Assembly: GCA_951406725.2 (NCBI GenBank)
Contig: OX597843.1
Span: forward strand, 18,538,001 to 18,602,000
Reading direction: 5' to 3'
Source: Octopus vulgaris
Lineage: Eukaryota
DNA length: 64,000 nucleotides
The translations under genes were made by a program, and so were the position numbers. Every line of letters begins with the position of its first letter. Positions within the stretch are counted from its first letter, which is position 1. Positions 14,774 to 28,699 of this stretch are shown here, in pieces. The notes beneath the pieces were generated by a model. That model was not told the origin of the DNA. It saw only the letters and a program-made list of their open reading frames with translations, and did no database searches.

Positions 14774-16013
14774 GTAAAAATCGAAACAGAGCCTCCAAGA
14801 GTCATGTCTGATAATATTTTATATGTTAAAATAATATCTTTTTCATATATATATAATATTACATATATTTCCTGGTAAAAAAAACTATATCTGTACCTTC
14901 TTATACAACACTTTGCAACCGAGAGACGGTATAATCTTCAATAAATGTAATCTAAACAAGTTTCATGGCCCCACTATTGCTTGAAACAGAGGAAAATAGA
15001 AAATGTTAATTGATTTGAAAGTATATTAATATTTTTTTCTTATTGCCAATTTAATGTTATCAATGTAAGCTTTAAATTTTTTAAATAAAGGGTTAAATAT
15101 GACGTGTTGCTACTTTCGTTTTTGTTTTAGATGAAATACTGTAATACTGCAGTCTGAGTTCAAATACCGCCTGGAGAGACTGATTTTATCCGTTATTTTA
15201 ATCATTTCACTAAAAAGTTGAAAATATTCAAGATGTATCTTGCTGATTAGTTTTATAATCATTTACCTAATTAGTTTTATCAGGTCTTGCAGCTGTCATT
15301 ATTCCAGCAATGAACTTAATCCAGTAATGAACATTTCACAAACAGCTACATTCCAATCAAAGAACTGAGTATTTCCGGTTGTTCACATTCATGTCTACTT
15401 TCATTTGACGTAACACAAACACTTGACTGCGCATGTCTGTATGTCTACATTGATGTATTTTCTAAGTTAAATTCTCTGCCTAATCTACAGGCTCATTAGG
15501 CCCCAGAATATATCGGTATCCAATGTATTTCAAGTCACGACGATACAAGAAACCCCACCGAACGAGATGCCAGTCTGTCGCAAGTTTAACCCTCGGTTGT
15601 TGGTGGTACTTCTTTTCAGATGAGTGCACTGGAAGTGTCTTTCTTGTAGACACAACACACCGAACCAATAGTCCATGCGCCAATATATATATGTAGGAGC
15701 CACTTCATACTGTAAACAGGTTCACCACGCACTATGTACAATCCTCTATTGAAAAATCTATAGTAACCGCCATGATCTTTCCCCTTTGTTTCTTACTTTC
15801 TGGCATCACAACCATTCCAGCAAACTTCAGCATCCAGAACTCGCAAAAGGGAAGGTAAAAAAGTATTTTTATATCTATCGTTTTTTTTCTTGTTTTTTTT
15901 CGCATCTTACGATATGATAATTTTAAAGAATGAATCGGGTTAGAATTACTAGTTATCGAAATTTCTTTTAATTCAAGCTTCACATTCTTATTTACTTTGT
16001 AATACATAGGGAT

Positions 16014-16087
16014 GGGCCGCTTACCTTAATGGTAGAGCACTCAGCCGGTATCCTAGGGATACGGGTTCGCGTGCCGTATCCGCTTTC
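16014..16087 (+). pseudogene. tRNA-like pseudogene or isolated SINE head
   Basis: taccttaatggtagagc D-arm-like and acgggttcgcgtgccgt T-arm-like segments; acceptor and anticodon stems do not pair well. Confidence 0.45.
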
Positions 16088-16091
16088 TGGC

Positions 16092-16141
<50 letters not shown>

Positions 16142-16949
16142 GTTTCGGGGTCTCTTTATGTCAGTGATTGTTTCCCTAACACCACTTGCCAACCAGTGTT
16201 TGCGTGTAGCTTAGTGTTTCGGCAAATGGCACCGATAGACCAAATAGTAGACTTTAAAACATACGTCCTAAACCATTTAAGTTGGTGCTCCAGTATGGCC
16301 GCAGTCAAATGACTGAAACATGTAAGAGAAAAGAAGAGTATATAAATATGTATATAGTTTACAGATCCAACAGAGGAAGAATCAGCAGAAAAAGTCCCTC
16401 GTCAAGTGAGAGATAAATATCCATTTAAATACACAACCGAAAGAGCTACTAGTAGTTCCAAGATTTTATCATACTTGACCAGGCATATTTACAAAATGTG
16501 CCATTTATTAGAAAGTAACCTTTCAGCCTCTGTTTATGCTTTAAATATATTTTGAGAAGCAAGAATGCTGGACAGTAAGAAAATAAGATAAAACACCGCA
16601 AAAATACTTGAAGAAAGAAGAAACGAAAGACAAATAATCAAGAAAACTAATATCCTCACCCACTCCACATTATTTTTTTCTTATTTTCCTTGACTTTTTA
16701 AATATATTTAATGCTTAAACAGATCCCTTTTTTACTATAGGCACGAGGCCTGGATTTTGTGGTGAGGGGTATTAAGTCGATTACATTGACCCCGGAGTTT
16801 CACTGGTACTTAATTTATCGACCCCGAAAGGATGAAAGGTAAAGTCAACCTCGGCGGAATTTAAACTCAGAACATGAAGACAGAAGATATACCGCTTGGC
16901 GTTTCGCGCGGCATGCTAACAATTCAGCCAGCTCGCCACCTGGAAATGC

Positions 16950-17091
16950 AGGTAATACTCATTTTTGGAAGCTGAGTTGACTGGAGGAACGTGAAACAAA
17001 TTGTCTTGCTCAAGGATACAACAAACCGCCAGGAATCGAACTCGTGACCCTTCGATTCTGAGCGGAATACACTAAACACCAAGACAGGCGC
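16950..17091 (-). mobile_element. Degenerate tRNA-headed SINE
   Basis: gagttcgattcc box B followed by ccttgagcaagac CORE-like segment. Confidence 0.55.
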
Positions 17092-17208
17092 TTTCTTATA
17101 ACGCTTAAACGGATCCTGAAAGATACACAGCATATTTTATAAATACGCTTGTTGAAGTAACAAAAAGCACGAAACTATAAACTCTTTCGCCAGTGTACTT
17201 ACACACAC

Positions 17209-17245
<37 letters not shown>

Positions 17246-17814
17246 GGTATATATATTAATCAATGGAATTACAACACAGTCCGATGTTCATGTTTCAATA
17301 TTTACAATTTTCACAATTTTACAATCTTATAATAATAGAATATGAACTTTACTTGAGAATATTATATATTTATCGTAATAAAACTAGTACTTTCATGCAT
17401 TACGCACTCATCAGGTTTATCTAGTAGTAAGGACAGTCACGTTCCAGAATTGACAACTGTAGGGAAATGGTTAAATTTCTCCTTTAATGAACTTTAGAAG
17501 GGCTGCAGCAGGCTGAATCTTATGAAATGTATTTTGACCAATCAGTATTTGACTTAGATGTGACGGTTTGGTGATTGCGCCAACTTGGTTAGCATATACC
17601 TCACTTCTTTCAAGGAAATATCTTAACCAATTGGTGTGCAGCTTATATGTCACGGTTTGGTGGGCACGTCAAGAATTCTTAACTTTGATGGCACCTTTTC
17701 CAAAAGTTTCCCAAATAGTTTACACTTCAACCGATTCGATGTTGACATGGTTAACACTAGTATCATAATCACCATCATTTTCCTTATTCTTGTTAGTGGT
17801 TGAGCTGGTAGAAG

Positions 17815-17919
17815 TGGTGGTACTGTTGTTGTTGTTGGTGGTGGTGGTGGTGGTAGCATTAATAGCAGTAGTATTTATTATTATTATTATTATCATCATC
17901 ATCGTCATCGTCATTATTA

Positions 17920-17985
<66 letters not shown>

Positions 17986-18115
17986 CATCATCATCGTCAT
18001 CATCATCATTATTATTATCATTATTATTATCATCATCATCATCATTATTATTATCATTATTATTATTATTATTATCATCATCATCATCATCATTATTATT
18101 ATTATTATTATGATT

Positions 18116-18155
<40 letters not shown>
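17815..18155. repeat. Compound (GTT)/(GGT)/(ATT)/(ATC) trinucleotide tract
   Basis: Direct reading. Confidence 0.95.
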
Positions 18156-18156
<1 letters not shown>

Positions 18157-20350
18157 TCCAGTTATCACCGTTACTATAACTATTATTAGTTTTGTCCATT
18201 GAAAAATGGGTTTAATTTATCAATAAAATTCTTTTCTCTAACGCTTCGCTCGGCTTGTCTTCAGTTGTGTAGACCACAAGTTGCCCGTGGTCGGTTAAAG
18301 GGATCATCTGGCCGACATCAGGATCTCTAATTTGCTGTTGGAGCACTACGTTGAACCAATTCCATAGTAACAAGTTTCTTTTTGTTTTCAGGTGATCAAA
18401 GTATTCATTTGATTCTTCAAAACTGTATCTGAAATCTGGGACATAAATTTAGAAGATGGTTAGCATTCCCTGTGGCATCGAGAGAAACACTCATTAGTCT
18501 CTCTTAATAAGAGACGTAGGAATTTATGTATTTTGCGAATATGTTTTTCTCCCATTAAAGCTACTCCCTGTCATGTAATCTTATCTCTTCTGCATAAATA
18601 AATGGTAACATACTGAACCATTTCAAACGCGATACCTTGCAGATAAGAAAGGACATTTCAAACCCAGTAAAGCTGTAGAGATAGCAGAGAAAGTCTGGGT
18701 ACTCTTATGAGAAGGAAAAAAGTTGCACTCGAACCCGTATCCCTCAGACATCGACTGAGTAGGCGATAGGTAATTTGAATCCTGATAACTTCACCCCCGG
18801 TATTTTGACTCCGGTAATTTGATTACCAGTCAGTTTCACTCCCGATATTAGAAAAAATAAAACGTTGAATAAGGATAAAATAATTAGTCGAGGAAAACTA
18901 AAAGTTTCAATAAAAATGAAGGCTAGGGGCCATTGCTCGTACAAAAGCCATCTTATTTTCGGGACTATGTCGCTCAATACTTATCCGTTTGCTTATATCC
19001 TTTCTTTTTATTTTTGTTTGGTCTTGCAGATCCCACCTCCATCAAATTCAACCTTTCTCAGCTGTGCCAAGTGTTCTTCCCTTTTCAATGCAGTAATTAT
19101 CTCCATATATTCGGATGTGAACAAATTAAGGAAATTTGTAGGGCGTTGTGAAATCCCTCTAAAAGGTTATTAGTGCGAGGCATATCCGATTCTGTTTTAA
19201 AGCGGACATTCCAACTACCAATGTGAAACAAGGGAGAAGTCCTTTGTGGTCTGATTCCTTTACTTTGCACTCATCTTAGGTACGATAATCCAAAGTAGGT
19301 CACAAGTTCTTGCGGAAGATCATCGTCATCTACAAGATTTTCGACTCCGTAAATCTCATCATCGAGACGAAGAATTAGCAACGCTTAAAACCATCTGATT
19401 TTAATGCTAAACTCATTATCATGATGGTATCTTTCCTTCAAGCCAAATTCACCTGTTTTCTCTATATATTTTGTGACAGATGAAAAAGACAGCATGAGAT
19501 GGAAGTAGTAGGAAACAGATAAAATGCTATTATTATGAGCTTTTTCAAAATCCCTCATAACATCTTCAGGGCTCAGTCTTTGGAGTAATTCATTTAGCTT
19601 ATAAAAAAGGTGAGTGTAAGTTTATTGATTTGGTGGGGGGTAATGCAAACAATTGCGGAACACTGAATAACCCCACCTGAATATGTAACATGGATTTTGA
19701 AGCACATGAACAATGAGGATCTTCACTAATGTGCTGAATTATGGTATGATCTTCATCATGTATCCTAATGTGCACTCGAGCGTTACAGGACTTAATTTCG
19801 AATTTCCTGTAAGTCTTAGATTCATCGGCTTTTTGTTTTTGTGCTTCATAATATGTAATTCATGTCATCCAGAAGTCTCTTCCTTCCGCGGATACTGTCA
19901 AAAACGTGAGGCATGGTGTAAGTATATTTCCTTTATAAGTAACTTTTATATCCTTGTAAGTTTGATAAATAATTTAACGAAGTATTTACACGAACGCACG
20001 AGGCTTCCCGCTATGCAAGGTTACACGGCTCACAGCGAATTGCTTACCAATCAACTCCTGATAACTCGACAGTTCTTTATTCATAGCAACTGTGACAATT
20101 CACTTTTAATCATACGGGAGTTGTCGGAATCCTTCCACAACAGTAACAAATGAGGCAAGGATGGATCACGGATAAACCTGTAAACTCTTTAAATTAGACA
20201 TCCGAATGGATAACTGAAAAGGTACTTTCAGTTAACTGAATTACTCTGTAAATAATCAATCGAATAGGTGACTGAAATGATATTTTCTGTTTACCAAATT
20301 ACCTTCTATATCATCATCATCATCATCATCTTCCTCCTCCTCCTCCTCCT

Positions 20351-20413
<63 letters not shown>

Positions 20414-23400
20414 CAACAATAATCAGTAGAGCACTTAAAAGGTGCAAACCTCCGCCAAGACAATACCAACATCCTCTCAACGATGAGCCAGAGATGATTT
20501 TTAGAATGAGAATATCTGAAATAAACTCGACTGCTCTCCCAAACGAGAATAATAAAAGTGAACTCGACCGCTCTCAAAAATTAGATGAAGCAAACAACTT
20601 AGTGCTGAAAACGGCAGGATCCGCATACTTCGCCTCGATGAATGACTCTCACCTCTCTGACTCGTAAATAATTTATGGCACCAATTTATGAAAAGAAATG
20701 AGCCTCCAGAAATACATAACGCGTAACGTTATTGGACCTTCGATCCAGCGCCCGCGCAACACTCAGCTAATCACAACACAGGGTTCAATAAATGTCCAAT
20801 GACTTTTATGATAGTTATTTAAACCAATCTCAACAGAGAAGCGTGGTGAGCTTTCAGAAACTAACTTAATGTTTTCAAATATACAATAATAGAAATTGGT
20901 CTCGCTACACATCTATCACGTCCATATGTTCAGAATATTGCTATTGGTCAGAATTTTACTATTCGTCTAGGCATTATAGTGGAATATGCAAGGGAACAGC
21001 ACTTCCCTTCTTGAAGCCCATAGCCAAGATGTGGATGTAACTAATCCAGAATTTTATTCTTCGATAAACCTTGTGCTAACCATTACGGTTTATAATCTAC
21101 TAATTCCATTTATATATTTTGTTTGTATAGAATTCAACATCTTCGTGCACTCACGTATTAAAGCTTGCTTGTCAGCCTGTACGTATTACAAATTGTCTGT
21201 TGTGTCATATTTTCACAAGATTCTAAGTACTGCAACTCCGTGTGACAAGCACCCATTATAGGTTAAGTGTTACGTACTGATGTATGGAACAGATATGTAG
21301 GTGTCTGTAGATGTGTTTTTGAACACTGTGATCCGGCAGAGTTAGTTTCATAACGAGGTTGTTCGTCATAGTGCTTGTAGTATATTGGGGGCTCATCTTT
21401 GTAGAACCTATGGAGATTGTGGGCAACGGTATGGAGGAGGGGCCATATCAGGACCGAAAGGCAGAGAGAAACAGATCAAGAAGTAAGTTATGGGGTGAAA
21501 AATAATGAAGAATGATTATGTTTGTGGTTCACAATGAAGAGAGAAAATATGTTAAACGAAAGAGCGGAGATGAAAAACAATTATAAAAATGTTGAACGTC
21601 TTTGCTGGCTTAATTCTCCACGCGCAGGGAAGCAACATGTGATATGAGAGAGAGAGAGAGAAGCATGGACTGATGAGGAAAGTGTATGGGAGAGGCAAAG
21701 CTACAAGAGAGAGGAGAGAGAGAGAGAAGTAGCAAAAGATACAGAGAGTGAGTGAAGGAGAAATGTCATGGAGATAGATTTGTTTTCTTCACTGAAAGGA
21801 GAATAGAGAAAATATGTGTTCACAGATAATAACGAAGTGAGGAAATATATATTTAAAAACTTTTTTCCTTTATTTCAGTCATGAGACTGAAGCCATGCTG
21901 GAGGAGGTGGAGGGCCCCTGGAATAAGTTTTAGTCGAACGAATTGACCCTAGTACTTTTTTTTCAGTATGGTGAAAATTGCCCAAAGTGCCATGTCACAC
22001 GTTGAGACAAAAAAAAACGGAATTATGTGGTTGGGAAGTAAAGCTAATATTAATGGTCTCAGACGAAATATGGGGGAAATGGGTTATGAAAATGAATAGC
22101 ATTATATACAGATTAATTACACAAAGCAAAGGAAATAATCAAACTGAATGGTTCTTATGTTGAACATGTCAAAGAGAGCTGTGTAGTATCCGTCGCACTA
22201 GACACACAGGTTAGAAAAGACAGGTCACGCTAGCATGTATATTATTTGAAAGATTTAAGAAACAGGATCTGGAGCTTGTAGGACATCAGCCAGCGATGCA
22301 TTGATAGGTTGTACATTTTTGTTTCTCTAAATAGGATCTAGGAATATGGACCCTAAAGTTCAAAAATACACATAGGTAAGAGGTTATTAAAACGTGTTTA
22401 AAACTAAAGAGATATTATAATGAGAGTGGCGTAATTTGTAAAAGAAACGTTTTTACATGACATAAACCAGAACTGAAGTAGTCAGATGAAAGAGGGTGAA
22501 ATGGTGCGACCATCTAATTAGAAGGAAAGTAAAAGATAATTCCTTAGTTCAGTCGATGTACCAAGACATCTAAAACCACAGGCCATGTAATAAGCAGTAG
22601 AAATGACAGAGCTGTTACGATACACGGCTACATATCTTTTAACAGCAACAAGCAGAGCATAAAAGAAGGGCGTAGCGGTGTTCCGGCTGGCAAGAGAGCG
22701 ACCAATGATCCGGAAAACAGAAGAGGCTAAAAAGCACACACATACATACATACATACATACATATGCACGCATACACACACGCACACAGAAATAGACACA
22801 TGGACTATTGGTTCGGTGCGTTCTGTCCACGAGAAAAACACTTCCAATGCAGTCATCTGAGAAGAAATACCAGCAACACCCAGGGGTTAAACTTGCAACA
22901 GACTGGCATCTCTTTTAGTGGGGTGTCTTCTATCCCCGGGTGTTGGAATATGTTGGATCCCGAGAGAGACTGCGGCCTAATGGGCCTGAATATCATGTAG
23001 AGAATATAACTAGGAAACTACTTCAATGAAGACATTGAGGCGTGCGCAGTCTCGTGTTAGTGTAACATTGATGGAGTGAAAGTAGACATGAACGTGTAGA
23101 AGACAAATCTACGTCCGGTGCTTTGATTGGAATGTAGCTGTTTGTGAAATGTTGATTACTTGAACAATGACAGTTGAATGACCTGATAATACTAATTAGA
23201 TAAATGATCGTAAATCTAATCAACATGATACATTTTGCAAGTTTTAACATTTTAGTGGAATGTTTAAAATAACAAATGGAATCAATGCCTCTTCCGGTGG
23301 TATTTGATCTTTGTCTGCGGTATTACAGTATTTCATCTAGAAAACGAACGGTAGCAACAGATCAGATTTAATCTTTTATTTAACAATTCTAAAGCTTACA

Positions 23401-23600
23401 TTGATATAACATTAAATTGGCAAGAAGATAGAATATCAATATAATTTCAAATCATGCAATATTTTCTGTTTCAAGCCATAGTGAGGCCCTGAAACTTGCT
23501 TAAATTACAATATGGTGGATTGGATTATACAGTCTCATGCATGCATAGTGTTGTATTGAAACGTACAATTATAGTGTCGTTACAAGGAAAACATATTTCA

Positions 23601-23735
23601 TATTATATATGGAGAAAATATTATTTTATATTATTTATGAAGAAAATATTTTTTCATATTATATATGGAGAAAATATTATTTGGTATTATATATGGAGAA
23701 AATTTTATTTTGTATTATATATGCAGAAAATATCG
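23601..23735. repeat. 28-bp minisatellite x5 (tattatatatggagaaaatattatttta)
   Basis: Units start at 23601, 23629, 23657, 23685, 23713; lies in gene B 3'UTR. Confidence 0.85.
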
Positions 23736-23793
23736 TTTTATAGCATAAAATATCATCAAAGACGATTCTTGGAGGCTCTTTTTCGATTTTCAT

Positions 23794-23846
23794 TCAAAGG
23801 TTTGTTTCTGCTGTTCTATCCTCTGTTCCATTACCAGTTCTTGAAC
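23794..23846 (-). CDS. Paralog of aGPCR terminal exon (SSRTGNGTEDRTAETNL*)
   Basis: atgtttccag|GTTCAAG, 53 nt like 14721-14773; downstream UTR aligns with 14774-15435. Confidence 0.8.
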
Positions 23847-25267
23847 CTGGAAACATAATGAAAAAACATAAAAATAAAATTTTAAGCACATTAATTACCG
23901 GATAGTATTAATTTGCATATATGTATATGTTTATTTCTTACTATTTGAACTGTTAGAGCTGTTTTCGCTATGTATCCAGTACAACCCTTAAACAAGTAAA
24001 TAATATTTCCCTAAACAATAGATCAGCGTATTTCAGTTAGTGACTTATTCACGAATATACCATGAATGACGATGCCTTTCACGTTACTTCAGCCAATTGA
24101 CAAGCGCTGATGGAAGAACTGTTCTGCTTTTAGACAAATACACTGTCAACACAAAGGTCACATCCTGTTTACATGTAGGAACACTTTCTTAAAATCTATC
24201 TGTACATCTTGAAAATGGCCAGCATGCATATTTCACAGAAGACAATGCTCGAAACGTAGATATGAATTCATGAGGAACTACTTTGACATCTTTCTTCAAA
24301 TTATGCCAATGTGATCTGTTTGCCCGAACACTGTTGTACGTAGAGATCCCCGTGTACTCTACCTGGGCACACAATATATATATGCACTCATATATTTATT
24401 TTTTTTTTTAAATAATAAATTAAATGACCATCCCGAAATATGTGTGTGTATATGTATGTATATTTTTACATTTTCTCGACAATATATAATTTGTTATGAG
24501 ATTTGACTAGTAAAAATGCTACTGTCTGTTTCGCGGCCTCTATTGTTGCATTTCGTCAATATTGACCAATACTTAGACATACTGACCGGATGCGCATAAA
24601 CCTCATTTATGCCGGAAATAGACAGATTTATAATGGTTTGTCAGTGGTAAAATGAAATGAATGGAAACAAAGTGAAAAAAATTATATCATTGTTCGGCAA
24701 TGGGATATGCTTTGTTCCTCTTGTATATCCCTTAGACATGAGTTAAAGCGTATGAGCTGTGTGTGTGTCTATCGATCCTAATTCAAAATTTAATATGATC
24801 ACTTCGAACAAAATGAAATTCCGCTGAGGAAAATTATTTGCAGCACTAAATATTTTTCCTGTTTGAATTAAAGCAAGTACTGGAATTGTGTGAATTATTC
24901 TGCCCAGTAGAGTCTGCATCTTCTACTTCTATACAAAATAAGAACACATTTTTGCCCTCGGTTAATTAGTATAATTAAAAAGAAAATGAGCAAAGACAAA
25001 CAGTTCCGTAGGGACAAGAAACGGAAAAGCGCAAAATAAAATGCTGATATATTGAAATTATCCAAGCTTTTAGAAAATGTAAATAAAAAGTTGTATGTAT
25101 GAGAAGGAGGGGGAGAGCCTGTGTGCTTGTGTGCGCGCGTGCGTGTCCTAAGGTATCAGCCATTGTGGTTGATGATGACGACAACGACGAAGAGGATGAT
25201 AATGGTGATTGATGAAGCTAATTATGACGGTAATGGTGATAAAAAAATTAAGAAACACGATACTTAC

Positions 25268-25371
25268 TTTCATCAAGGAATTTCGTGTGACTTTTCTGGA
25301 CTCCTAAGTTAAGGAATGCCTGGGATTTGTTCAAAACTTGGGAGATATTGCGCCGCAGTTCACTTTGAACA
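25268..25371 (-). CDS. Duplicated SEA-like exon 3', 5'-shortened (VQSELRRNISQVLNKSQAFLNLGVQKSHTKFLDE)
   Basis: Homologous to 3' two-thirds of 39806-39963, donor |gtaagt conserved; only available acceptor (tttctttaag|) is in the correct phase. Confidence 0.55.
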
Positions 25372-26262
25372 CTTAAAGAAATTAATTGTTTTATTTCAAT
25401 TATTTTTTATATTCAAATATAGCATAAGATTGGATCATCATAGTTAAAATAACCGCATTCAGTATGGTTAAGAACAGAATTAGTGAAGAAGGCTAGAACT
25501 ACAAGCGGGTGACTAAAAGTTGGCCTTAAGAATATATTCGTCCAGTACCGTGGCTTGCCCTCTTTAGCATGTAAGAAATCCACATGGTGGTCTTCCCTCT
25601 GTGTATAAATTTTTATATACATTTTATATATATATATATAATTTCCTCGTTGGTTTTAAATTGCGTGTTAGCCACCTTAAATGTTTTATAATCTTCACAT
25701 AGCCATTTTGTGAAATCAATCACTCATTCTTATGGCCTTCTCAGTGATACCGACAGGCGGGAGTTAGCCTCCACCAGCAGTAATGGAGTGAGCATTGCTG
25801 ATGAGTATTAACTTCCTATAAGAAATTACCATGCTAATCTAATCCATCTGGCTTACCGTGGGGAATGTTGTTCCCCACTGTCAATGCACCATGTGTTTTT
25901 TTATGGCTAAGGTGTCTATGACTATAATTTAACACACTACCCGGTAAAAGGTTGCAAGACACAACGAAAAGTTTTAGGAAAATGAAAATAAGAAATACGT
26001 TGAAATGTTACTGGTGAGTGTGTTAAATTATAAGGCACAAAAAGAAAATGGTTCTCCCCAGACATAACAGAATATGCTTCAACACACGAACTCATATAAA
26101 TAATTTTGGAAACCAAATCCCAAAACGAAATAGTCTATGACTAATATTTCTAACAATGCTGGTGCTCATTGCACTCTTGTCACTTTTAGTGACTGTGAAT
26201 TGTTTCTATGTTTGTCTTAAAATGCTGATAGCAACCATAATTTATATATACACACTCAGACA

Positions 26263-26354
<92 letters not shown>

Positions 26355-26428
26355 AAATACGTTCGTATATGTAAATATATCGTATGTTGTATATGTATAT
26401 ATTTGTAATTATTTGCTTTTCTGAGTAT

Positions 26429-26487
26429 ATTCCACTGATGAAGGCAGAACATTTCTTATGCAGAGTCAGAAATCCGGGATCTGGAAT
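26429..26487 (+). ncRNA. Minimal type I hammerhead ribozyme motif
   Basis: attcca-CTGATGA-…-GAAA-tccggga-TC-tggaat: 6-bp stem I, near-palindromic stem III; stem II weak. Confidence 0.55.
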
Positions 26488-26687
26488 TATCCAGTAATTT
26501 TTGCTAGTTTATTTTGTCTCTTCGTCTTCTCTCCTGGTGCTCTATGAACATTTAATGTGGTTTAGTCAAGATTTGACTGCTATTACCCTATATTATAATT
26601 TTAAATAATTATTACCTTTGATTGTTTTTTCCCATGCTGGCCACTTGATAAAATCGATATTTAAATATTGATTTTATCCTTCTGTGA

Positions 26688-26723
<36 letters not shown>

Positions 26724-26935
26724 CTCTCTTTATCTTTATATGGGTTTGTTTGTCCTTTGTATAACAAAACATTGATAAAACACTTAAACATTTTATTGAA
26801 TGTATGAATTAGTATATTGTGGGTCACAAGTACAACACTGTTGATTATTGTGACATATAATGCATGCGATAAAATCGAATGTTTGGAACAAAACCAAATA
26901 AATTTGAATAAATGTGTTAGAAGAACTTTGCTTAC

Positions 26936-26988
26936 CCAGGATATTCAACTTTGAAATTTCCCGTCACGGTTAAAAACTCATGCTCCAT
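26936..26988 (-). CDS. Duplicated SEA-like exon 2' (MEHEFLTVTGNFKVEYPG)
   Basis: catttgcag| and |gtaagc; in-frame 3-nt indel relative to 49382-49431. Confidence 0.68.
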
Positions 26989-27078
26989 CTGCAAATGCCG
27001 GATGTATATATATATATATGCATACATTAAATTCAAGAAACAAAGTTTGATTTAAAAGCGTTGAGATGTATTGAAAGA

Positions 27079-27432
27079 TACAGATAAGGAAATAATTTTA
27101 CCTCCAAACGCAGGATAATGCTAATAATATAGTATGAGCAGGATGAAATATCCATATATCTTGCGGCTCGCTGTTAGACTCAAACTCACATCCCTGTGAT
27201 TACACGTCAAGTACTTTACCATTAAGCTAAGCTGCCCGAATGACAATTCTGCTGCAAATTTAGGATATATAAATCTAGCTTTAGAAGTAGCGTTACCACA
27301 GGGATGTGAGTTCAAGATTCATGACTGGTCGCCGACAGATTTTTCTGCAAAATATGGATAGTTTTTATCCTTTTCATGCTATAATTTTAACATTATCCTG
27401 CGTTTGAGAATAAAATTATTTTCTCATCTGTA
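27079..27432. mobile_element. MITE-like element with ~85-bp diverged inverted arms
   Basis: tacagataagg…caaacgcaggataatg vs cattatcctgcgtttg…catctgta. Confidence 0.7.
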
Positions 27433-28699
27433 ATATATATATATATATATAGTAAAATTTGAAGAGTAGAACATTAAAAATGAAAATAACAAAAAACAAG
27501 AGGACGTGTGCATGGAATATATTAGCTGGACGCTCGGTAAAGTGGAGGAAAAGAGAGCGTTTTAACGTTCCGAGCATAGCTCTTTGTCAGAAAGAAAAAC
27601 AGAAAAGTTGAGAGAAGGAGAATATTACCATATGTACGTGTGTGGTTACATATGTACATATGTGTGTATGTGCATGTTCGTGCGCATGTGTGTGTAAAGA
27701 CAGGATTAGTGAATAATTTGAGTGGGATTTCATTTATTGTCAGAATCGGAAATTATATCACGGAATATATAAATGATGTCGTTCATTGTGTGAACTTCTT
27801 TTAAAGACAAAATAGTGGATCGAACAGTTTTTTTAATGACCAGCAAAAAATCTGTAAGTTAGAAAAAAGTTTATGTAATAATTTACTATCAGTAATTGGA
27901 GTTGATTGTCTGAATTTCATGAAACCCAAATACAATTAATTCGCATTCTTTTACTACGGTCTACTGCATGTTCATGTCTCAGTATATTTATAAGTCTGTA
28001 TAAAAGTCTATATATACTTACATGCATACAAATTATGAACATATGGATTGCATTAGATTGCCGATGTTCAGTCCACAGCAGAATGAAGGTCTCAGCATAC
28101 TCTCTCTACCAACCTTGTCTGATGTGGAGGCCGTGTTTTGACCTCGAGCCTAAGAAACCAAACTAGCTCAACAAAGCTTGGCAGTGGAGTAAATACTCAT
28201 ACAGAGGTGTAGTAAAAACGATTCAAGGATGAAAGGCAAAGTCGGCTGCGGTAGAATTTGAATTCAAAATATAAAGAGGGGCGAATTACCGCTTATCATT
28301 TTGCCCGACGTACAAACGATTTTTCCAGCTCGCCGCAGAATATGTAGGGAATCAAATAATAAATAAATACGCATATAATATTTATCTGTATATTTGATTT
28401 GAACAGGTGTTTACATGTGTATGTATTTATGTGTTTAAACTGATCAGGCTAAACTTTAAGATACCTGTTATCATTTAACAAAATCGATATTAATATCTAC
28501 TAAACGTATTGAGCTCACAATATATTTGAGGTTTTGCATTTCTTCTATAAAATATGCATGTGTGTGTGTATGTGTCCGTGAATGTGTGTATGCATCTGTG
28601 TGTGTGGTCAGTGCTTGTGTGTGAAAGAGTGTCTGTGTGCAAGCGTGTGTTTATGTGTGAGTGTGCGTAGAAAGAGACAGAGTGCAGATGTCTACTCAC

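Larger units (their letters stand above)
23040..23870 (-). repeat. Inverted paralogous copy of 14701-15435 (terminal exon + 3'UTR)
   Basis: Shared blocks such as gagcctccaaga, ttgccaatttaatgttat, tagatgaaatactgtaatac, aacatttcacaaacagctacattccaatcaaag in opposite orientation. Confidence 0.9.

Noticed and set aside
16014-16087. Functional tRNA gene
   Set aside because: Acceptor and anticodon stems do not form; T-loop is atypical
18212-18450. ~80-codon open frame on minus strand as a missing GAIN exon
   Set aside because: No GAIN/GPS motifs, no donor site, and it lies beyond gene B's terminal exon
23601-23735. 28-bp repeats as CRISPR array
   Set aside because: Head-to-tail units without spacers, eukaryotic context, no cas genes
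25792-25845. CTGATGA…GAAA…ATC hammerhead candidate
   Set aside because: All three stems are weak AT pairings; indistinguishable from chance
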